In this document: positions 58,132 through 64,000 of the stretch, piece by piece | How positions within the stretch are numbered: position 1 is the first letter of the stretch | Layout: each line of letters opens with the position of its first letter | Assembly (NCBI GenBank): GCA_020137815.1 | Contig: CM035352.1 | Coordinates: 6,634,001-6,698,000 of the forward strand | Direction: 5' to 3' | Source: Hormiphora californensis | Taxonomy: Eukaryota > Animalia > Ctenophora | DNA length: 64,000 bases | Position numbers and translations under genes: made by a program | The notes under the pieces: generated by a model | Seen by the model: the letters and a program-made list of their open reading frames with translations, nothing else | What the model was told of the DNA's origin: nothing | Databases searched by the model: none

Positions 58132-61100
58132 TTAAAGACTGATGTCGAAAACCAAATAAGGTCTTTCAGAGAAGGTAACAGTAGCATCGAACAGGTAGGT
58201 CTTCAGGCGAATACGGAAGGAGTCCTCTGAAGGTGCGTCTCTGAGGTTCTCCGGTAGGTTGTTCCAGACATGGGGGAGATATTGGGATATTCTCCTTTTT
58301 CCCAGTTTGCTCACTTTCACATTTCCAGAAAGTAGCTTTAACTTGTAATGGTCTACTTTACAGCTCTGACGAGTAGACTTCTGCACTGCAGTATTTTCAT
58401 CATGTTCCACTAGATCCTGAAGGTACTGAGGGGCACTTCCATAATAGATCTTGTACCCTAGTAGACAGATTTTGAAAAATATCCTCTTCTCAATCGTAAG
58501 GATATGGGAATCACGGTAGAAGGGGTCCAGATCAACTTTCCTCTCTCTGACTCCATGGATGTACCTTATTACTTGATTCATTAGTCCTTTCAGCGGCTTG
58601 ATGGTAGAGGCCGGTAGGTTGAAATACAGAGCATTGCAATAGTCCACTTTGGATATGACCAGCTGGGAGGCAAGCATCAGACGTAGAGGTTTATCAATGA
58701 ATCGGCGGATCTGCCAGAGGTTCCTCATAGTAACTCCAGCATTCCTCTTGACCATGGAGATTTGACGTTTCATATCCATTTGTTCATCAAGATAGACACC
58801 AAGGGTCTATCCCGATTTTCCAGCCATGTCCATGGGGGAAATGATGTTCCCATTTAGCTCAAGAGTCAGGTCACTCTCCTCGCGTACAATATCCATCTTC
58901 TTCTTCTTTCCCAGGATAAGAAACTCAGTTTTATCCTCATTAACCATCAGTCTGTTTTCAATCATCCACGTTCTTACCTCCTCCAAACATTTCTCAATAG
59001 TCTCCTTTGAACCTGTCCAGCCTTCCACAGGGCAGAATCCGATGTATATAGTGCTATCATCTGCATAAAGTCGTATTGTGAGTCCATACTTCTTTACAAT
59101 AGGTTCTAGTGGTTCCACATACAGGGCAAAGAGGACAGGACCAAGGAGAGAGCCTTGGGGTACTCCATATTTGAGAAAGAGCCTAGGTGAGAGGGCATCT
59201 CCAATTTTAACTTTATAGCTCCTGTCATTGAGATAGCTAGTGAACCATTCGAGTACCGTTGATCCAATTCCAAACCGCTTCTCCAGTCTCTTCAAAAGCT
59301 GAGGGTGGTCAATGGTATCAAATGCAGCCGAAAGATCAATTTGAACGACTGCCACAACATTTCCTCTGTCCATTTCCCCAAGGACATCATCAACGACTCG
59401 CACCATATGTGTCTCACAACTGTGGTTGGGGCGAAAACCAGATTGGCATTCACCTCGCAGGTCGTTTTTCTCCAAATGTTCATTTAGCTGTATATTAACA
59501 GCTTTCTCCGCTAGCTTGGACAGAACACTGAGATTCGAGACTGGTCTGTAGTTCGCAAGAGAGTCCACATCTCCAGATGTATTCTTGATTGTGGGCCTCA
59601 CAATAGCCTCTTTCAGTCCTGACGGGAATACACCACTCTGTAAAGAAGTGTTCACGATTTCGGTAAGCACTGGTAGTAGAGTCGGGAGAAGCTGCTTCAG
59701 CAGAGAGGTCGGGATAGGGTCTAAGTCACAGAACTTATCCGGCAGGCTCTTTACAAGGCTTGCCACTTCATCTTCAGTCATAAGACTGAAGGTCTCAAAT
59801 CTTTCTGTCTCTCCTTTAAAAGCACCGGACTCCGTTGATTTCTTTTCACCCAACTCTTCAATCTTGTCACCAATCTTCTTCTGTAGTTTATCAATCTTGG
59901 ACTTGAAAAACTCTCCAAACTCAGTTGCTAGTTTCTCCGGGTTGACCATATCTGGGAGGATAACATTGGAGTTACCCAGTAGCTTGCTCAGTTGTTGGTT
60001 GAGCCTCTTTTGATCGCGTCCACAGAGTTCAATATTTCTTCTGGTGTATTCTGACCGTTTTCTGACCTCCATCTTGTTGAAAGCTGACCTTAGTTCCACA
60101 TACATGGCCCTTAGCTGCGGCTTCTCTTTTGTCTTGTCTTTTCTCCACTTTCTCTCAGCACGCCGCTTCTTCCTCCGGAGGGTTAGCAGCTCTTCATCCA
60201 TCCATGGTGTATACTTCTCTTTCTTCCTTCTCTTCTTCATTGGACAGTGCTTATCAACCAGGGCTAGCAACGTTCCATATAACTTCTCAACAAGGCTATT
60301 AACATCCTCTTCATCAGCAGGTGAGGTAAACAGTCCACTGGCCTTTAGATCCTCATTAAAACTCTCCACATCCACCTTCGAAAAGTCCCGATACCAAATT
60401 GTCTCCGGCCGTTTCCTCTTACTGATCCTCGCAGTCAGTTGTAGGTCCACAGTAATAAGATGGTGGTCTGAAGTAGTTCCCTCCTCCAAGATCCTAACTG
60501 GTTCAAGACAATCTGCTACTGTAGCATCCATCAGGGCTAGGTCCAGAGTACCTCCATGTCTGTGTGTTGATATCAAGGGAACCATCTGTTTGAAGTCAAA
60601 CTCCTCGATCATCTCCAGCTTTTTTGGATAAAATTCATCAGGCCTTTCCATGTGAAAGTTGAAGTCTCCCATGATTAATGGTGTCCCGACTTTACAGTTT
60701 AGTTCCTCAAGGTATCCCTTGAATTCATCCAGGAAGTGGCTCTGGGTATGAGGTGCCTTCTTCGAGTACGGTGGCCTATAGATGTTTACTAGCCGGTACA
60801 TCTCACTAGCATTTCCAATAGTAGTCTCTGTACACTCAAAGGTCTTGAAACACTTGGTAGGTCCAGATTTAACACCCAGGTCCGCTCTGTATACCATTGC
60901 TACTCCACCACCAATCCTCTGCTTCCTCGGTGCCGAGTGGATTTCCCATCCTCTTTCCTTTATCTCATGATGTTTAGCATTGTCACCTTTCCTCAGGTAG
61001 GTCTCTTGAAGAAGACAGATATCAACAAGCTCGTCCTCAAGGTGTTCCAGTACACCAGCAGTCTTATTGACAAGGGAGTTGCAGTTCAATGTTCCAACTC

Positions 61101-61164
61101 TTAGTGAGTTCTCCTTCTTTCCAAGAAGTCTCGTGCCTTCCGACTGTACTCGTTTTTTAACATC
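58132..61164 (-). CDS. LINE ORF2 (APE endonuclease + reverse transcriptase), one in-frame TAG at 58807-58809
   Basis: LNCNSL, LQET, IYRPP, MGDFN, TLDL, SDHH; CQSGFR, DLSAAFDTIDH, GVPQGS, YADD; ORFs 58807-61089 and 58132-58779 share a frame. Confidence 0.93.
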
Positions 61165-62315
61165 TCAGCTCCGGCTGTTCTACTCATCAATCTCTCCTTC
61201 TCCATGATAAAGAAGGGACATTGGAAACTGTTCGCTGTGTGGGTGGTGGCATTGAGCTGATCGATCTTGCTTCGGCTACTCTTGCAGTTTGCACAGCATC
61301 TGGAGTCAACTTTTCTATCCTTCTTCACTTGACAATCCTTGAACCGATGATTTCCAGCACAGTAGGTACAAACTGGATCACCGCTGTCTCTCCTGGGGCA
61401 CATCACTGAGTCTGATTTGTGACCATAGCGTTGACACTTGAAACATTGAACGATATGGAATCGATCCTTCACAATGTGGATTTGAAAATCAAGGTTAATT
61501 CTGTCATTCCTTTTGCGAACAATCTCCCGTATCTTTTTTGACATCTGGACAACTGCATATCGATCCTCCTTATGAAGAAAGATGACTTTCAGTTCCTCTT
61601 GGTGACTTTCAACCTGCTCTTTGATTTCCTCATTTTTCCTCAGTATTTCACTGTACACTTCCTCGGCAGTGGTAATTTCTCCAGCAATGTCTGAGATTGT
61701 AACTTTGGGATTGAGCTTCTTGGTGGTCAGAGTGGCTGTTGAAGTATCAAATTCAGATTTGAGCAGTTCTTCAGCTTTGTCTCGTTGAGACTTGTCCTTG
61801 AAAACTAGATTGGTATCCTCTTCATTCGAGCTGGTTCCATCAACTGGGATTGACTGCAGAGTCTTTCGTACCTTCGCCTTTACAACTTTCCACTTTTCCA
61901 GTCCAACTTTCTCAAGTTTGAGGGTGTGCTTCTGTGGTGTCTTCTTAGGGCTGGGGTTGAGCAACTTTCCAGTATCATCAGTCTTCTCCTTGCCGTTTAT
62001 CGCCTTCTGTATCATGTCTGGTATGTTTGCAAAACACTCCCGCATAGCCTCAAGCTCCTTGAGAACCTGTTCAGACCTATCCTGTCCCACTACTGCTCCT
62101 TCTTCTGACTTGGTCTTCACAAGGTCTTCCTGCTGCTTGTCCACCATTCTCAATAGGTTAATAGCAAAATTCCATAGAATATCTTTAGTGATACCCGCTG
62201 GGGGAGCTTTTTTACCTTGCAAGATTGGGTCCATATCCACAGGTAGATTATCTTTCATAAACGTGTCCAAATCTTTCCTCGTCCATAACTTTAGCGGGAT
62301 TGCCTTCAATGTCAT
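61101..62315 (-). CDS. LINE ORF1 with three zinc knuckles
   Basis: QCFKCQRYGH..C, CTYCAGNH...C, CANC...H.A....C. Confidence 0.9.
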   Translation of the reverse strand: MTLKAIPLKLWTRKDLDTFMKDNLPVDMDPILQGKKAPPAGITKDILWNFAINLLRMVDKQQEDLVKTKSEEGAVVGQDRSEQVLKELEAMRECFANIPDMIQKAINGKEKTDDTGKLLNPSPKKTPQKHTLKLEKVGLEKWKVVKAKVRKTLQSIPVDGTSSNEEDTNLVFKDKSQRDKAEELLKSEFDTSTATLTTKKLNPKVTISDIAGEITTAEEVYSEILRKNEEIKEQVESHQEELKVIFLHKEDRYAVVQMSKKIREIVRKRNDRINLDFQIHIVKDRFHIVQCFKCQRYGHKSDSVMCPRRDSGDPVCTYCAGNHRFKDCQVKKDRKVDSRCCANCKSSRSKIDQLNATTHTANSFQCPFFIMEKERLMSRTAGAEMLKNEYSRKARDFLERRRTH

Positions 62316-62528
62316 CACTAGCTACGATCTGCAGGATAAATTCAAGGCCTCGCCTAACGACAACTAGTGTCAATCCTCCGGGTCAGATCCGGTTTTCTCT
62401 TGTCTTAGGCCTTGTCTTTCTCACACAGAAACTGTTACCAGTCTCTGATAAACCCAGAAAAGACAAAACAGAAAAGTATAAAGAGCCGAATATATACCAA
62501 AGAACTTAGCGAATTGGAAAAACGAAAC

Positions 62529-62572
62529 CTCAAATTAATTTGTTTAAAGTAGTGTTGAAAAGTTTGAAACAC
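62529..62572 (-). other. Genomic copy of a ctenophore trans-spliced leader exon
   Basis: GTGTTTCAAACTTTTCAACACTACTTTAAACAAATTAATTTGAG matches my recollection of the ctenophore leader (GAGTTTCAAACTTTTCAACACTACTTTAAACAAATTAATTTGAG) at all but base 2; not database-verified. Confidence 0.8.
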
Positions 62573-62593
62573 AAAACAAAATTGAAAATAAAT

Positions 62594-63409
62594 TCAACTC
62601 AAATTACTCAAAAATGTACGCTCTAAAAATGAATCTAAATCACCTAAACCTTCTGGAGTAGACTCTAACGCGGCGATAGTTCGTGTTTTCCCTAATCTGT
62701 AAACTGAGTAGTCTCTGACCACACCGTTCAGCCGGTCCTGTTTAATTGTCTCCTTGACAAGTTTCCTAAGAATAAGTTCACACTGGTGTTTCAGATTCTC
62801 CCTACACTTGAGTCTGTCTGCTTCCCGCTCCTTCTCCTTCTCTCCCGGGTCTACCTCAGCAGGTTGAATAAGGAGATAGTGTAGAAACTCACGGGCACTT
62901 TTCAAGCGAGCACTGGTAGTTGAGTCACTGAACGAGTTGATGGGTTCTAATTTTAAAACATGTTTCTCCCATTGTTCTGAAGGAGGCTCCATGGCAACTG
63001 AAACGCGATGAATGGTTTCCATGGTGACCAAAGGGTTGTCACGTGATAAGTTGGCCTTACATGCAGCCTCAACTGACCCTGGAAAGTGAATCTGAGCAAA
63101 CACACAGCCACACCGCTGAGCTAAATGAAACACCTCTTTCCGCATTCCTCTAAGATGGAAAGTGTCATCTAATAGTAAAACAAGATCCCCTTTTGTACTT
63201 TTAATTACCTCAGCAACATGCTCCAGGACCTTTTTCCTGGCAGTATTCCAGCCATTCGGGTCTTTATCCATATCAACCCTACCAATTATTTCATCGTAAC
63301 AAATTACAGAAATTGAAAGTTTAGAAGATTCATCCTGTTGTAGTTTGTGTGCGAGAGTGCTCTTACCAACCGCTGGAATTCCAACGAAGCAGACCAAAAC
63401 TTTTGTCAT
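62594..63409 (-). CDS. PSTK: L-seryl-tRNA(Sec) kinase, intronless
   Basis: P-loop GIPAVGKST; LLDDTFHLRGMRKEVFHLA..FAQIHF; MEPP..WEK; ADRLKC..N..H..E..LRK. Confidence 0.87.
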   Translation of the reverse strand: MTKVLVCFVGIPAVGKSTLAHKLQQDESSKLSISVICYDEIIGRVDMDKDPNGWNTARKKVLEHVAEVIKSTKGDLVLLLDDTFHLRGMRKEVFHLAQRCGCVFAQIHFPGSVEAACKANLSRDNPLVTMETIHRVSVAMEPPSEQWEKHVLKLEPINSFSDSTTSARLKSAREFLHYLLIQPAEVDPGEKEKEREADRLKCRENLKHQCELILRKLVKETIKQDRLNGVVRDYSVYRLGKTRTIAALESTPEGLGDLDSFLERTFLSNLS

Positions 63410-63482
63410 GACGTCATCATCGTGAGAGCTAAAATTGGAAACCCACAATAAGTTACAAGAAACAATAAATACATAATTTAAA

Positions 63483-64000
63483 TCATTTCAATGCCACAAG
63501 TGCCTGGTTACGAGGAGAAATCAGGGGATCAAACACTGCCTTCAACTCAGCTTTGTGCCCTCTTTCTAAGAGGTACAACAACCTATCCGCCAGAATAAGA
63601 TGCTCGCCTGCTAACCCAAGACACAACTTGAAAGTGTAAAAGAAATAATAAACCCACGTTTCCCAATTGTCTTCACTTGCAACACTCTCAGCATGCTGCT
63701 CTTCCTCGTTAGTCAAAGTAGAGTAACTGAATAATGTTAAATTTCGATTTATAAACTCAACAACTGTCTCATTCTCACGTGCCTTTTTAAAACAAACCCT
63801 CTGTCCTGTGTCCCCTGTCCTGACCCTCAAGCTGATCTCACCAACTGACCGCCAATGTTGGTTCAAAACCATTTTGGGGTTGCTTAGTTGGGCCAGTATT
63901 CGCTGTAGGTAAACCTCAATGTTATGGCAGGCCTGCTCTCTTATAGGCAGGGAGAGTGAGTGATCCCTGGATTTAAGATGATCACTAATCGGGTAGCCCT
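63483..64000 (-). CDS. METTL25B: METTL25B/RRNAD1-like methyltransferase, C-terminal part (runs off the window)
   Basis: GYPIS, REQACH.IE.Y, EHLILADRLLYLLE, FDPLISPRN.ALVALK. Confidence 0.8.
   Translation of the reverse strand, partial: GYPISDHLKSRDHSLSLPIREQACHNIEVYLQRILAQLSNPKMVLNQHWRSVGEISLRVRTGDTGQRVCFKKARENETVVEFINRNLTLFSYSTLTNEEEQHAESVASEDNWETWVYYFFYTFKLCLGLAGEHLILADRLLYLLERGHKAELKAVFDPLISPRNQALVALK

Larger units (their letters stand above)
57782..62572 (-). mobile_element. Full-length CR1-like LINE with a spliced-leader copy at its 5' end
   Basis: ORF1 + APE/RT ORF2; (TTG)n 3' tail at 57782-57803; 5' UTR; SL-like 44-mer at 62529-62572. Confidence 0.93.

Noticed and set aside
59259-62367. 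Long plus-strand ORFs opposite the LINE
   Set aside because: Antisense shadows of ORF1/ORF2 with no independent motifs
62529-62572. Canonical SL RNA gene or NeSL-type insertion into an SL gene
   Set aside because: No GTAAG donor or Sm-site consensus on either side, and the flanks are the PSTK 3' and VPS13D 5' regions; kept only as an alternative

Overview
This is eukaryotic animal genomic DNA, most likely a ctenophore (Pleurobrachia/Hormiphora-like). The inference rests on a ctenophore-type spliced-leader sequence, the MITE families and the nested intronic genes. Eight host genes all lie on the minus strand with short spacers, in the order METTL25B(partial) > PSTK > [full-length CR1-like LINE] > VPS13D (~35 kb) > ecdysteroid/choline-kinase-like > PGLS > ZW10 > TLC-domain (TLCD3/FAM57-like) > PDHA1. 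Large introns carry nested genes: an ShKT+discoidin lectin, a papain+3xShKT protease and tRNA-Gly(CCC) in PDHA1; a GPCR in the TLC gene; an acidic membrane-anchored protein and a second GPCR in VPS13D. Many MITEs, three non-LTR retroelements and satellites are also present. The best candidate for a new system is the full-length LINE. Its 5' end is a 44-nt copy of the ctenophore trans-spliced leader, it is inserted in sense in an operon-like spacer, and its AUG-less ORF2 is reachable through a canonical A_AAA_AAC -1 slippery site. Also notable are a ~60-copy minisatellite built from the intron 3' splice site itself, MITEs interrupting coding exons, and an ORF1-only retroelement. Several regions show probable sequencing/assembly noise. 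Exon coordinates were read by eye and some may be off by a few bases.
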